A stretch of DNA of 64,000 bases, taken from contig CAWANH010000029.1 in NCBI GenBank assembly GCA_963783375.1, forward strand, positions 992,001 to 1,056,000, in the 5' to 3' direction. The notes beneath the pieces are model-generated. The model was given only the letters and a program-made list of their open reading frames with translations, did not search any database and was not told where the DNA came from. Of this stretch, positions 50,210 to 59,728 are shown piece by piece; within the stretch, counting starts at the first letter, position 1; every line of letters starts with the position of its first letter. The DNA comes from Candidatus Eiseniibacteriota bacterium. Lineage in GTDB: Bacteria; Eisenbacteria; RBG-16-71-46; JABDJR01. Made by a program: the position numbers and the translations under genes.

Positions 50210-52312
50210 CTAGAAAAGCTTGCCGTGCAAGGCCATGATGGCCGGGGCGAACACCAGGGACACGATGGCCATGAGCTTCAAGAGGATGTTGAGCGCGGGC
50301 CCGGAGGTGTCCTTGAAGGGATCCCCCACCGTGTCCCCGACCACCGCCGCCTTGTGGGGATCGCTCCCCTTCCCCTGGACGTTTCCGGCCTCGTCGATCA
50401 GGTTCCCGCTCTCGATGTACTTCTTGGCGTTGTCCCAGGCCCCGCCGGCGTTGGCCAGCATGAGGGCCAGGGGCACCCCGGAAATGAGGGCCCCGGCCAG
50501 GAGCCCCCCCAGGGTCTCCACCCCGAACACGATTCCCACCCCCAGGGGGATGGCCACCGCCAGGACCCCGGGCCCGATCATCTCCTTCAGAGCGGCCTCG
50601 GTGGTGATGGCCACGCAGCGGGCATACTCCGGCTTGGCCGTTCCCTCCATGAGGCCGGGGATCTCCCGGAACTGGCGCCGCACCTCGTTGACCACGCTGA
50701 ACGCGGCCCGGCCCACTGCGCGCATGGTATCCGCGGCGAAGAGGAAGGGCACGATACCCCCCACCATGAGGCCGGCGAGCACGTGGACGTTGGTGATGTT
50801 GAACTCCTCGGGCAGGATGCCGGTGGCCTGCACGAAGGCGGTGAAGAGCGCCAGGGCGGTGAGCGCGGCGGAGCCGATGGCGAAGCCCTTGGCGATGGCC
50901 GCAGTGGTGTTGCCGGCCGCGTCCAGGCTGTCGGTGACCGCCCGGACTTCCTTGGGAAGGTGAGCCATCTCGGCGATGCCGCCCGCGTTGTCGGCGATGG
51001 GGCCGTAGGCATCCACCGCCACCGTCATCCCGGTGATCCCCAACATGCCGATGGCGGCGAGGGCGATGCCGAAGAAGCCGGCCAATGAAAAGGAGATGAG
51101 CACGGCCCCCGCGATCACCACCAACGGGAGCACGGTGCTCTTCATCCCCACCGCGAACCCGGTGATGATGTTGGTGGCGGATCCGGTGCGGGAGGCTCGG
51201 GCGATGTCCTCCACCGTCTTCCCGGAAGTGTAGTACTCGGCCACGAAACCCACGATCATCCCGGCCGCCAGACCGGAGAAGGTGGAGAGGAAGAGGCCCC
51301 AGGGCCCGTGTACGTGCTGCACCCCTCCAATCGTGGAGGACCAGGTCAAGTCCCCGTAGAGGCCGAAGGTCATGGCCAGGGTGCCGAGGGAAAACAGGAC
51401 GGCGGCGGAGACGGTGCCGTTCCGCAGGGCGATCTGGGGATTTCCCCCTTCCTTCACCCGCACGAAGAACACCCCGAGGATGGAGGCGCCGATCCCGATG
51501 GCCGCGGTAAGGAAGGCGAAGCTGATCGCCTTCACCGAATCCAGTTCGGGGATGGCCACCGAGATCACGATGGCGCTGACGATCGTGCCCACGTAGGACT
51601 CGAAGAGGTCGGCGCCCATGCCGGCCACGTCCCCCACGTTGTCCCCGACGTTGTCGGCGATGGTGGCGGGATTCCGGGGATCGTCCTCGGGAATGCCCGC
51701 TTCGACCTTGCCTACCAGGTCCGCCCCCACGTCGGCGGCCTTGGTGTAGATGCCGCCGCCCACACGGGCGAACAGTGCGATGGAAGAGGCGCCCATGCTG
51801 AACCCGGCTATGATCTCGGCCGCGCCCCCGATCTGATCGTTGAGCCCGTAGAGGTAGAAAGCCAGGGATAGACCGGCGAGGCCGATGCCGGCCACCGCCA
51901 TCCCCATCACCGCGCCTCCGGGAAAGGCCACCCCGAGGGCGGCGTTGAAGCCCTTGGTGGCGGCCTGGGCGGTGCGGGCGTTGGCCCGGGTCGCCATCTG
52001 CATGCCGATGAAGCCCGCGCTCACCGAGCACACGGCCCCGAACACGAAGGCCACCGCGGTCTTCCAGCCCAGCCCAACCGTGTGCCCCTTGATGCCCAGG
52101 GTGATGACCACGGCCAGGAGCAGGACGAACACGGCGATCGCCCGGTATTCGCGGGTGAGGAAGGCCATGGAGCCTTCATGAATGGCTTCGGAGATCTCGA
52201 CCATGGTCTCGTTGCCGGGGGCCGCTTTCATCACGCGGCCGAAGGCCAGGTAGGCAGCGAAGATCAGGGCCACCAGGCCCGCCCCCAGCGCCACCAGGAT
52301 CTGCACGGGCAT
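50210..52312 (-). CDS. hppA: Membrane-bound ion-translocating pyrophosphatase, K+-dependent type
   Basis: GGGIYTKAADVGADLVGKVE, DNVGDNVGD, DAYGPIADNAGG, GNTTAA (Ala = K+-dependent), GDTVGDPFKD. Confidence 0.95.
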   Translation of the reverse strand: MPVQILVALGAGLVALIFAAYLAFGRVMKAAPGNETMVEISEAIHEGSMAFLTREYRAIAVFVLLLAVVITLGIKGHTVGLGWKTAVAFVFGAVCSVSAGFIGMQMATRANARTAQAATKGFNAALGVAFPGGAVMGMAVAGIGLAGLSLAFYLYGLNDQIGGAAEIIAGFSMGASSIALFARVGGGIYTKAADVGADLVGKVEAGIPEDDPRNPATIADNVGDNVGDVAGMGADLFESYVGTIVSAIVISVAIPELDSVKAISFAFLTAAIGIGASILGVFFVRVKEGGNPQIALRNGTVSAAVLFSLGTLAMTFGLYGDLTWSSTIGGVQHVHGPWGLFLSTFSGLAAGMIVGFVAEYYTSGKTVEDIARASRTGSATNIITGFAVGMKSTVLPLVVIAGAVLISFSLAGFFGIALAAIGMLGITGMTVAVDAYGPIADNAGGIAEMAHLPKEVRAVTDSLDAAGNTTAAIAKGFAIGSAALTALALFTAFVQATGILPEEFNITNVHVLAGLMVGGIVPFLFAADTMRAVGRAAFSVVNEVRRQFREIPGLMEGTAKPEYARCVAITTEAALKEMIGPGVLAVAIPLGVGIVFGVETLGGLLAGALISGVPLALMLANAGGAWDNAKKYIESGNLIDEAGNVQGKGSDPHKAAVVGDTVGDPFKDTSGPALNILLKLMAIVSLVFAPAIMALHGKLF

Positions 52313-52367
52313 ACGTCCGGTCTCCTCCTCCCGGTCTCCCGGGTCCTAGCGCCCGCCCCGTGGCGGA

Positions 52368-52940
52368 CTATCGGTTGAAACGGTTCATTGCCGCGTCCGC
52401 GCCTTCCCCGATGAGGGCTCGAACGCACTCACTCGCCCCGGCCAACCAGGGCTCCATCGCCTTCTCCTCCTCGTCGGAGAAAGGCTCCAAGACATATTCC
52501 CTCAGGGCGCGCCCCTCATCGCCCCCCCCGATTCCCATCCGCAGCCGTGGAACCTCGCCGGTCCCCAGGGCGTCAAGCACCGATTCGAGGCCGTGATGGC
52601 CGCCCGCGCTTCCCGCGGTCCGAAGCCGGAGCGAGCCGAAGGGCAGGGCCACGTCGTCGACCAGCACCAGATGCCGTTCCGGAGGGACTGTCGCCGATTC
52701 CGGCGAGCGAATCAGGGCGTCTCCCGACCGGTTCATGAACGTCATGGGTCGGATCAGGGTCACCTGAAACCCTCCCCACTCCGCCCGGGCGGTCAGGTAG
52801 ACCCCTTCGTCCCGTTCGGGGCCGGCCCCCAGATCCCGGGCCAGACGGTCCAGGAGGCGGAAACCGGCGTTGTGGCGGGTCCGCGCGTAGGTCGGACCGG
52901 GATTCCCCAGCCCCACGACCACCCAGTTCTCCTCCGGCAA
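52368..52940 (-). CDS. pth: Peptidyl-tRNA hydrolase
   Basis: VGLGNPG..Y..TRHNAGF, TFMNRSG, AGGHHGL, RLRMGIG. Confidence 0.94.
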   Translation of the reverse strand: MPEENWVVVGLGNPGPTYARTRHNAGFRLLDRLARDLGAGPERDEGVYLTARAEWGGFQVTLIRPMTFMNRSGDALIRSPESATVPPERHLVLVDDVALPFGSLRLRTAGSAGGHHGLESVLDALGTGEVPRLRMGIGGGDEGRALREYVLEPFSDEEEKAMEPWLAGASECVRALIGEGADAAMNRFNR

Positions 52941-52943
52941 GGG

Positions 52944-53612
52944 CTACTCTTCTCCCTCCTCCTCCTCCTTCTTGCGTCCCACCACCTCCGGTTCGGCCGG
53001 CTCCGCCGCAGCCGCCGCGTCGACCTCTTCCGCGGTGGGCTCCTTGATCACCGTGGGCGGCACCACCGATGCGATGGTGGTGTCGGCCTCCTCCAGGATC
53101 TCCACGTCGGGAATCTGGAGGTCGCTCACGTGGATGGAGTCGCCGACGTTCAGCGCGGACACGTCCACCTTGATATCGTTGGGAATCTTGTCCACCATGC
53201 ACTTGAGGAGGAGCGATCGGACGGCGTGCTGGAGAATCCCGCCGAACTCCTTCACCCCGATCGCGATCCCCTCCAGCTCGACCGGCACTTCCACCTCGAG
53301 CCGCTCGGTGGTGGAGATGCGGTTCAGGTCCACGTGAACCACGAATCCGGAGAGCGGGTCGACCTGGACCTCGCGGATCAGGGTCTTGACCAGCTCCGCC
53401 GATCCTCCGACGTTCAGGTCCACCACCAGGTTCGAGACCGTGTGTCCGCTCACCGCGCGCATGAACTCGCGCTCGTCCAGATCGAGGAGGACGGGCTCCG
53501 TTCCCTTGCTGTAGAGCACCCCGGGAATCCGCTTGGCGGCGCGCAGCTTGCGCGCCACGCCCTTGCCCGTACCCAAACGGACGTTTCCGTTCAATTGAAC
53601 CGTGATCGCCAT
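52944..53612 (-). CDS. rplY: 50S ribosomal protein L25/Ctc
   Basis: GKGVARKLR...IPGVLY, EVQVDP, HVDL, long Ctc-type C-terminus. Confidence 0.95.
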   Translation of the reverse strand: MAITVQLNGNVRLGTGKGVARKLRAAKRIPGVLYSKGTEPVLLDLDEREFMRAVSGHTVSNLVVDLNVGGSAELVKTLIREVQVDPLSGFVVHVDLNRISTTERLEVEVPVELEGIAIGVKEFGGILQHAVRSLLLKCMVDKIPNDIKVDVSALNVGDSIHVSDLQIPDVEILEEADTTIASVVPPTVIKEPTAEEVDAAAAAEPAEPEVVGRKKEEEEGEE

Positions 53613-53673
53613 GTGACTGTTCCTCCTGATCCAGGGCCCGCGTTCCGCGGGTCCGATCCGGTCTCCGCCCGCG

Positions 53674-54618
53674 TCAGATGAAGAGCGAGCTCAAAGACTC
53701 CTCCTGGTGGATGCGATGAATGGCCTCGCCAAGAATGCGGGCCACCGAGAGAATCTCCACCCGGTCCGTCCGGCCCGCCAGCGCCGCCGGGTCCTGGTAG
53801 ATGGTGTTGGTCACGTTGAGCCGGTAGAGATCCGAGTGGTTGAGCTTGTCGAATACGCTGTCCGCGAAGACGGCGTGGGTGACGCAAGCCATGATCTCGA
53901 GCGCCCCCCGCTCCTTGAGCGCCCGCGCCGCCTTCACCAGGGTGCCGCCGGTGGAAATGATATCGTCGAAGATCACCACGTTCTTGCCGTTCACGTCCCC
54001 GATCACGTTCATGACGTCGATCTCGTCGTGGCGGGGACGCCGCTTGTCGATGAGGGCGAGGGGCGCTTCCAGACGGGTGGCGTAGGCCCGGGCCATCTTG
54101 ACGCTACCGATGTCCGGCGCCACCACCACCACGTTGGAAGGGAAGGTGGATCGGACGTTTTCCACGAACACCGGCGAGGCGTACAGGTGATCGAAGGGAA
54201 TATCGAAGAAGCCCTGGATCTGGACGGAATGCAGATCCATGGTGAGCACCCGTTCCGCACCCGCCGTGGTCATGAGGTTGGCCATGAGCTTGGCGCTGAT
54301 GGGGACGCGGGGCTGGTCCTTGCGGTCCTGACGGGCGTAGCCGAAGTACGGAATGACCGCGGTCACCCGCCGGGGAGATGCCCGGCGGATGGCGTCCAGC
54401 ATGATCAAGAGCTCCATGATGTTCCGGGCCGGCGAATTCGTGGACTGGATGACGAAGACATCGTGCCCGCGGATGTTCTCGGTGATCTTGCACCAGGTCT
54501 CCCCGTCGGCGAAGTCGCGCACGTCGGCCTCGCCCAGGGGACGCTTCAAGTACCGGCAGATCTCCTGGGCCAACGAGCGGTTGGAGTTTCCGGAAAAGAT
54601 CTTGAGCATGCTGTCCAC
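53674..54618 (-). CDS. prs: Ribose-phosphate pyrophosphokinase
   Basis: FADGE, PYFGYARQDRK, MDLHS.QIQGFF, APDIG, DDIISTGGT. Confidence 0.97.
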   Translation of the reverse strand: MDSMLKIFSGNSNRSLAQEICRYLKRPLGEADVRDFADGETWCKITENIRGHDVFVIQSTNSPARNIMELLIMLDAIRRASPRRVTAVIPYFGYARQDRKDQPRVPISAKLMANLMTTAGAERVLTMDLHSVQIQGFFDIPFDHLYASPVFVENVRSTFPSNVVVVAPDIGSVKMARAYATRLEAPLALIDKRRPRHDEIDVMNVIGDVNGKNVVIFDDIISTGGTLVKAARALKERGALEIMACVTHAVFADSVFDKLNHSDLYRLNVTNTIYQDPAALAGRTDRVEILSVARILGEAIHRIHQEESLSSLFI

Positions 54619-54915
54619 GGTACGATTCCCCCAGAAGACGTCCCCGCCCGCGCGCGGTCCGTCCGCCGTGGCCCCGGGCGCGCGTCTCCCGACCGGAAAA
54701 CAGGCACGCGACGGATCCTGGGCCCGATCGCGACCGGATCCCCAAGGAGGCGGAGGCGCCGGGCGGTATGTTCAATCCGACAGGTGAGGGCGTACGGGAC
54801 GCCCGCAAGGTACCGACATCCGGGGCGGTAGCCCCGGTGAGATCATCGACCGGCGGATCTTACGCGGCTGTGGTACGTTGCCGCGGGTCAGGGTGTGAAA
54901 TGACCATGGATCGAT

Positions 54916-55230
54916 CTACCGGCTTCGCCGGGGGAGGCGAGGAGGGGTCTCCTTCCACCAGTCCTCTCCGGCTTCTTGAAGCACAGCATTGTACTCGCCC
55001 AGGACCATGTCTTCAAGGACCTTTCGAAAGGCGTGGTTTATGGGGTGGGCGATGTCCTGGAACTCCCCGTTCTTCTTCCGGCGGCTGGGCATGGCGACGA
55101 AGAGCTTCTCGTCCTGCCCCCGGATGATCTTGAGGCTGCGGACCACGAAGCAATCCTCGAGGGTGATGCTGGCATACCCCAACAATCGGGGGTCGTGCTT
55201 GAGGGTCACCCGGACTTCGGTGATTCTCAT
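54916..55230 (-). CDS. spoVG: SpoVG family nucleic-acid-binding protein
   Basis: MRITEVRV, ASITL...FVV..LKII.G, FVAMPSR, FQDIAHPIN. Confidence 0.94.
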   Translation of the reverse strand: MRITEVRVTLKHDPRLLGYASITLEDCFVVRSLKIIRGQDEKLFVAMPSRRKKNGEFQDIAHPINHAFRKVLEDMVLGEYNAVLQEAGEDWWKETPPRLPRRSR

Positions 55231-55343
55231 CAATTTTCCACCTGGAAGCCCGCCGGATCGCCGTTCTCCCCGAACAGCGCGCCGCCACGAGCCTGGTCGT
55301 CCACGGGTCGGTGTGGGGTTGAATCCCACCGTCGGGGCGTAGC

Positions 55344-56276
55344 TCACCCCGACTTCCGCGTCCATGGAACCACCCTGGCCCCGAATCCCACCGGCGAGAC
55401 GCCCATGCGGGCGTACCCCGAGGTCTCGAACCTCTTGTCCAGGAGCAGGTTGGCGGCCCCCTGCGGCCTGGTGAGGGCAAACAACGCCGAGCCGCTGCCC
55501 GTCAGGCCAACCGCCGAAGCTCCATGAGCCAGAAGCTCGAGTCGAATCGAGACCAGCCGAGGTTGTATCCGGACTACCCCAGCCTCAAGGTCGTTCCCGA
55601 GATTCTCAAAGAACCGTTCGTAGTCGCCTTTCTCGAAGGCGGTTAGCAAGATGTTAATTCTCTGTTTCATCCCTGTCAAGCTCGGTGACACCATTTGAAA
55701 CGCTTCTGCAGTGGAAATCCGGAACTCGGGGACGACCAGGACCCATTCGCACGGGGGTGGCGCATGAACCGGGGTCAGGTGCTCCCCACGGCCCTCTCCC
55801 AGGACGGTCCCCCCCACCAGGAAGAACGGGACGTCGGAACCCAGCTCCTGGGCCAGACCGGCCCGCTCCCCGGGGTCGGGGTCGAGCCCCCACAGCGCCT
55901 CCAGGGCCAGGAGCGTGGCGGCGGCGTCGCTGGAACCGCCCCCCAGGCCCGCCCCCGCCGGAATCCGCTTCAGAAGCCGAATCTCCGCCCCCCGGCCGGG
56001 GGCGCGCCGGCGGGCCAGGCTCTGCCCTGCCCGGACCACGAGGTTATCCGGGCCCGAGGGGACCCCCGGGGCCTCGGGCCCGGTCACGACGAGGGACACC
56101 CCGGGCAAGGCCCGCTCCCGCACCCAGAGGTCGTCGTGGAGATCGATGGCCTGGAAGATGGTACGAAGGTCGTGGTAGCCGTCGGGACGCCGGCCGAGGA
56201 TCTCCAACCCCAGGTTCAGCTTGGCCGGGGCCTCGGCCCGGAGGTCCCAGGAGCCGGGACTAGACCCGGGAGGCAT
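55344..56276 (-). CDS. ispE: 4-diphosphocytidyl-2-C-methyl-D-erythritol kinase
   Basis: APAKLNLGL, RPDGYH, IPAGAGLGGGSSDAA, LGSDVPFF, NDLE, TGSGS. Confidence 0.95.
   Translation of the reverse strand: MPPGSSPGSWDLRAEAPAKLNLGLEILGRRPDGYHDLRTIFQAIDLHDDLWVRERALPGVSLVVTGPEAPGVPSGPDNLVVRAGQSLARRRAPGRGAEIRLLKRIPAGAGLGGGSSDAAATLLALEALWGLDPDPGERAGLAQELGSDVPFFLVGGTVLGEGRGEHLTPVHAPPPCEWVLVVPEFRISTAEAFQMVSPSLTGMKQRINILLTAFEKGDYERFFENLGNDLEAGVVRIQPRLVSIRLELLAHGASAVGLTGSGSALFALTRPQGAANLLLDKRFETSGYARMGVSPVGFGARVVPWTRKSG
55651..55679 (-). promoter_or_regulatory. Promoter inside ispE, probably driving spoVG-prs and downstream genes
   Basis: TTGACA-17nt-TAACAT within a locally AT-rich patch of the CDS. Confidence 0.65.
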
Positions 56277-57156
56277 AGATCACCACCACCACGGCGATCA
56301 CCCATCCGAGGGTGGTGAGAAGGATGGGAACGTCCCGGTAGAGGGTGCGGCTGGGCGAGCCCCCTTCCTCCCGCACCTGGACCAGGTAGAGGTAGCGGAA
56401 GAGCCCGTACACCACGAAGGGAATGGTGAACACCAGCGCCGGGGAGTGGAACTTGTTGAGGGTCCCGGGGGCGATGGTGTAGATCGCGTAGGCGATCAGG
56501 GTGGCCGCGGCCGCCACGGTGATGAGCTGATCCAGGAAGGGGCGGGAGTACTGGCCCAGGGTGGCCCGATGGTCGGAGGCCGTGGCCTCGAGGATGGTGA
56601 GCTCGTGGCGGCGCTTCCCGAAACCCAGGAATAGGGCCAGGAACAGGGTACAGACCAGGAGCCACGGCGAGAGCTCGATGGCCGGGTCGAAGGGGCGAAG
56701 CGCCATCACCCCGGCGATGGCCCGCACCACGAAGGACATCGCGATCATGAGGACATCCAGGATGACCAGATTCTTGAGTCTGGCGGAGTAGGCGATGTTG
56801 ATGAGGAAGAACACGCTCAGGGAAAGGAAGAATGCGCCCCCCAGACGGTAACTCACCACCATGGTGATGATGACCAACCCACCGAAGAGCGCGACGGCTT
56901 GGGGGATGCCGATCCGGCCGGCGGGGATGGGGCGGTGGCGCTTTCGGGGATGAATCCGGTCCCGGTTCACGTCGAACACATCGTTCAGGACGTAGACCGC
57001 GGAGGAGGCCAGGCAGAACACCAGGAAGGCGGCCAGCGCCCGGCCGTCGTAGGCCGGCTCCATCATGTGGACGCTGAATACCAGGCCGGCGAACAGGATG
57101 AGGTTCTTGCTCCATTGCCAGGGGCGGAGCAACAGGACGACGTCGCGGGCGGTCAA
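56260..57156 (-). CDS. UbiA-family decaprenyl-phosphate phosphoribosyltransferase-like protein
   Basis: LRPWQWSKN, Y.LND..D...DR.HP.KR.RPI..G, YS..LK...ILDV, GKRRHE, TIPFVVYGLFRY. Confidence 0.88.
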   Translation of the reverse strand: MTARDVVLLLRPWQWSKNLILFAGLVFSVHMMEPAYDGRALAAFLVFCLASSAVYVLNDVFDVNRDRIHPRKRHRPIPAGRIGIPQAVALFGGLVIITMVVSYRLGGAFFLSLSVFFLINIAYSARLKNLVILDVLMIAMSFVVRAIAGVMALRPFDPAIELSPWLLVCTLFLALFLGFGKRRHELTILEATASDHRATLGQYSRPFLDQLITVAAAATLIAYAIYTIAPGTLNKFHSPALVFTIPFVVYGLFRYLYLVQVREEGGSPSRTLYRDVPILLTTLGWVIAVVVVIYASRV

Positions 57157-57749
57157 TCGGTTCCTTCCCCGAAGAGGGCGGCTTCCACCAGCTGGCAGAT
57201 GAGATGGCCGGCGCAGATGTGCGTCTCCTGGATACGGGCCACGTTTTCGCTCGGCGCCACCAGGGCCAGGTCGCAGGTCCGGGCGAAGGCTTCGCCGCGG
57301 GCACCGGTGAACCCGATCACCGTCATCTCCTTCTGCCGGGCCATGGCCACCGCCCGGACCACGTTGGCGCTTCCCCCGCTGGTGGTGATGGCCAGGAGCA
57401 CGTCCCCTTTCTTCCCCGTCCCGTCGAGCTGGCGGGAGAACACCTCTGCGTAGTCGAAGTCGTTCCCGATCGCGGTCAGGGCCGAGGTGTTGACGGTGAG
57501 GGCGACCGCGGCCAATCCCGGACGGTCGATGTAGAACCGGCCCGAGAGTTCGGCCGCGATGTGCTGGGCGTCGGCCGCGCTTCCGCCGTTCCCACAGGTA
57601 TGGAAGGTCCCTCCGGCCCGGAGCGAACGCTCCACCGCCTCCGCGGCGCGCACCACGAACTCGGCGTGGGTCCCGGCCACCTCGGTGAGAATGCGCGCCG
57701 ATTCCCGGAACTCGTTCTGGACCAGGGTCAGAAGATCGTGTCGGATCAA
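57153..57749 (-). CDS. gmhA: D-sedoheptulose 7-phosphate isomerase
   Basis: CGNGGSAADAQH, TAIGND, FSRQ, TSGGS.NV, RIQE.H. Confidence 0.94.
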   Translation of the reverse strand: MIRHDLLTLVQNEFRESARILTEVAGTHAEFVVRAAEAVERSLRAGGTFHTCGNGGSAADAQHIAAELSGRFYIDRPGLAAVALTVNTSALTAIGNDFDYAEVFSRQLDGTGKKGDVLLAITTSGGSANVVRAVAMARQKEMTVIGFTGARGEAFARTCDLALVAPSENVARIQETHICAGHLICQLVEAALFGEGTD

Positions 57750-57803
57750 GTTTCCTCCCCGACCGCGAGACTTCCCCGCATCGCGATCGCCGTCAAGATG
57801 AAA

Positions 57804-58664
57804 TCAACCGGCCGCGGGGGGACCGGAGCGCCCCGCCAGGTACGCGGCCAGGGCCCGGGGCCAGGGGCGGAGATCCACCCCGTGGCGCTCCCGCGCCCGA
57901 GCTGCGTCCAGCACCGAGAACCGAGGCCTCGGCGCCGGCCTCCCCGCCGCTTCGGTGTCGACCGGCCGGACCCGTTCCGGATCCAGGCCGGCCAGCCGCG
58001 CCGCCTCGCGGGCCAGATCGAACCACGAAGCCCGGCCCGCGTTCACCACGTGGTAGATCCCCCGGGCCCGGGCCGCGACCAGGGCCGCGATCCCCGCGGC
58101 GAGGTCGGAGGCGTAGGTCGGGGAACCGATCTGGTCCGAGACCACCGACACCGTCTCCCGGGTTTCGAGAAGACCCAGGATGGTATCCACGAAATTCCGG
58201 CCTCCCCCGCCGTAGAGCCAGGCGCTCCGCACCACCGCCCAGTCGGTGGAGGCTCCGGCGATTCCCTCCTCGCCGGCGAGCTTGCTCCGGCCGTACACGC
58301 TCAGGGGACCGACGGGGTCATCCTCGGCATAGGGCGTCCCCTTGGTCCCGGCGAAAACGTAGTCGCTGGAGAGGGCGAGCACGCGGGCGCCCCGGCGCTC
58401 GGCCTCCGCCGCCACCAGGCGCGAACCCTCGGCGTTCACCCGAAACGCCTCTTCCTCCGCGCTCTCGCAGGCGTCCACCGCGGTCATGGCGGCCAGGTGG
58501 ACCACCACGTCGGGGCGGAAGGCGTCGAGGCGGGAGCGAACGAGGTTCGGGTCGGCGATGTCCCCGTCGGCGATCCCCATCCCGGCCACCTCGTGGGACT
58601 CCCGAAGGAGGGGGACCAGGGCGGAGCCCAGGAGCCCGTCCCACCCGGTCACGAAGATCCGCAT
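57804..58664 (-). CDS. rfbD: dTDP-4-dehydrorhamnose reductase
   Basis: TGWDGLLG, AAMTAVDACE, SSDYVF, YGRSKLAGE, DQIGSPT, APRPRFSVL. Confidence 0.93.
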   Translation of the reverse strand: MRIFVTGWDGLLGSALVPLLRESHEVAGMGIADGDIADPNLVRSRLDAFRPDVVVHLAAMTAVDACESAEEEAFRVNAEGSRLVAAEAERRGARVLALSSDYVFAGTKGTPYAEDDPVGPLSVYGRSKLAGEEGIAGASTDWAVVRSAWLYGGGGRNFVDTILGLLETRETVSVVSDQIGSPTYASDLAAGIAALVAARARGIYHVVNAGRASWFDLAREAARLAGLDPERVRPVDTEAAGRPAPRPRFSVLDAARARERHGVDLRPWPRALAAYLAGRSGPPAAG

Positions 58665-59728
58665 CAACAGACCTCGATCCGGGCGAGGTCCCCCACCAGG
58701 AAGCGATAGGTGGCGGGCCGGGTGGCTACGCGGACGATCTCCACGTTCCGTCCGAGGAGGCTTGATTCCATGCGGTGCTGGAGGCCCACCACCCGTGCCC
58801 CCTCGAGCAGGATGGAGTGCTCGATCTCGCTTCCCTCGATCACCGCCCCGTTGTGGACCGAGGTGAAGGGGCCGATGAAGGCGTCGGTGATCGTGCAGTT
58901 CTCGCCGATGATGAGCGGTCCGCGCAGGGTGCTCCCCAGAATGCGGCTCCCCTTCCCGACGACCACCTCGCCCTCGATCCGGCTCCGCGCGTCCACCTCG
59001 CCCTCGATCCGGCCGGAGAGCCCGGAGAGGACGATGCGGTTGGCCTCGAGCATGTCCTCCAGCTTGCCGGTGTCCTTCCACCAGCCGGTGATGATGTGGC
59101 TCCGGACGTCCCGCCTGGAGTCGATCAGGTGCTGGATGGCGTCGGTGATCTCCAGCTCGCCGCGTTTCGAGGGCTGGATGGCGTCCACCGCCTCGAAGAC
59201 CGAGGCGTTGAACATGTAGACCCCGACCAGGGCGTAGTCGGACCGGGGCTCGGCGGGTTTCTCCTCCAGGCGCACCACCCGGTTCCCGTCCAGCTCGGCC
59301 ACCCCGAACTCCTGGGGGTTCTTGACCCGGGCGAGGAGGATCTGGCAATCGGGCTTCTCGGATTCGAACTCGCGGACCAGGGAGGTGATGCCGTCCCGGA
59401 TGAGGTTGTCCCCCAGGAACATGACGAAGCGATCGTCGCCGAGGAACTTCCGGCTCACCTTGACCGCGTGGGCCAGCCCCAGGGGAGCCTCCTGATGGAT
59501 GTAGGTGACGCGGATCCCGAAGCGCGAGCCGTCCCCCACCGCGGTCCGGATCTCCTCGTGGGTGTCGCCGACCACGATGCCCACGTCGGTGATGCCGGCG
59601 TCGCGGATGGCCTCCACCCCGTAGAAGAGGATCGGCTTGTTGGCCACCGGGACGAGCTGCTTGGCGCTGGTGAAGGTGATGGGGCGGAGCCGCGTCCCCT
59701 TGCCGCCGGAGAGGATGAGGGCCTTGAT
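58664..59728 (-). CDS. rfbA: Glucose-1-phosphate thymidylyltransferase (long form), apparent ATC start
   Basis: Frame extends upstream of the listed ORF as (I)KALILSGGKGTRLRPITFTSAKQLVPVANKP; also PLGLAHAV, LGDN, RGELEITD, WKDTG. Confidence 0.92.
   Translation of the reverse strand: MKALILSGGKGTRLRPITFTSAKQLVPVANKPILFYGVEAIRDAGITDVGIVVGDTHEEIRTAVGDGSRFGIRVTYIHQEAPLGLAHAVKVSRKFLGDDRFVMFLGDNLIRDGITSLVREFESEKPDCQILLARVKNPQEFGVAELDGNRVVRLEEKPAEPRSDYALVGVYMFNASVFEAVDAIQPSKRGELEITDAIQHLIDSRRDVRSHIITGWWKDTGKLEDMLEANRIVLSGLSGRIEGEVDARSRIEGEVVVGKGSRILGSTLRGPLIIGENCTITDAFIGPFTSVHNGAVIEGSEIEHSILLEGARVVGLQHRMESSLLGRNVEIVRVATRPATYRFLVGDLARIEVC

Noticed and set aside
54824-54831. ops-like GGCGGTAG
   Set aside because: It is on the strand opposite the operon and is expected by chance at this GC content.
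55300-55345. tRNA 3'-half-like sequence GTGGGGTTGAATCCCACC
   Set aside because: The loop lacks TTCGA and no D or anticodon arms can be drawn; better explained as a simple hairpin.
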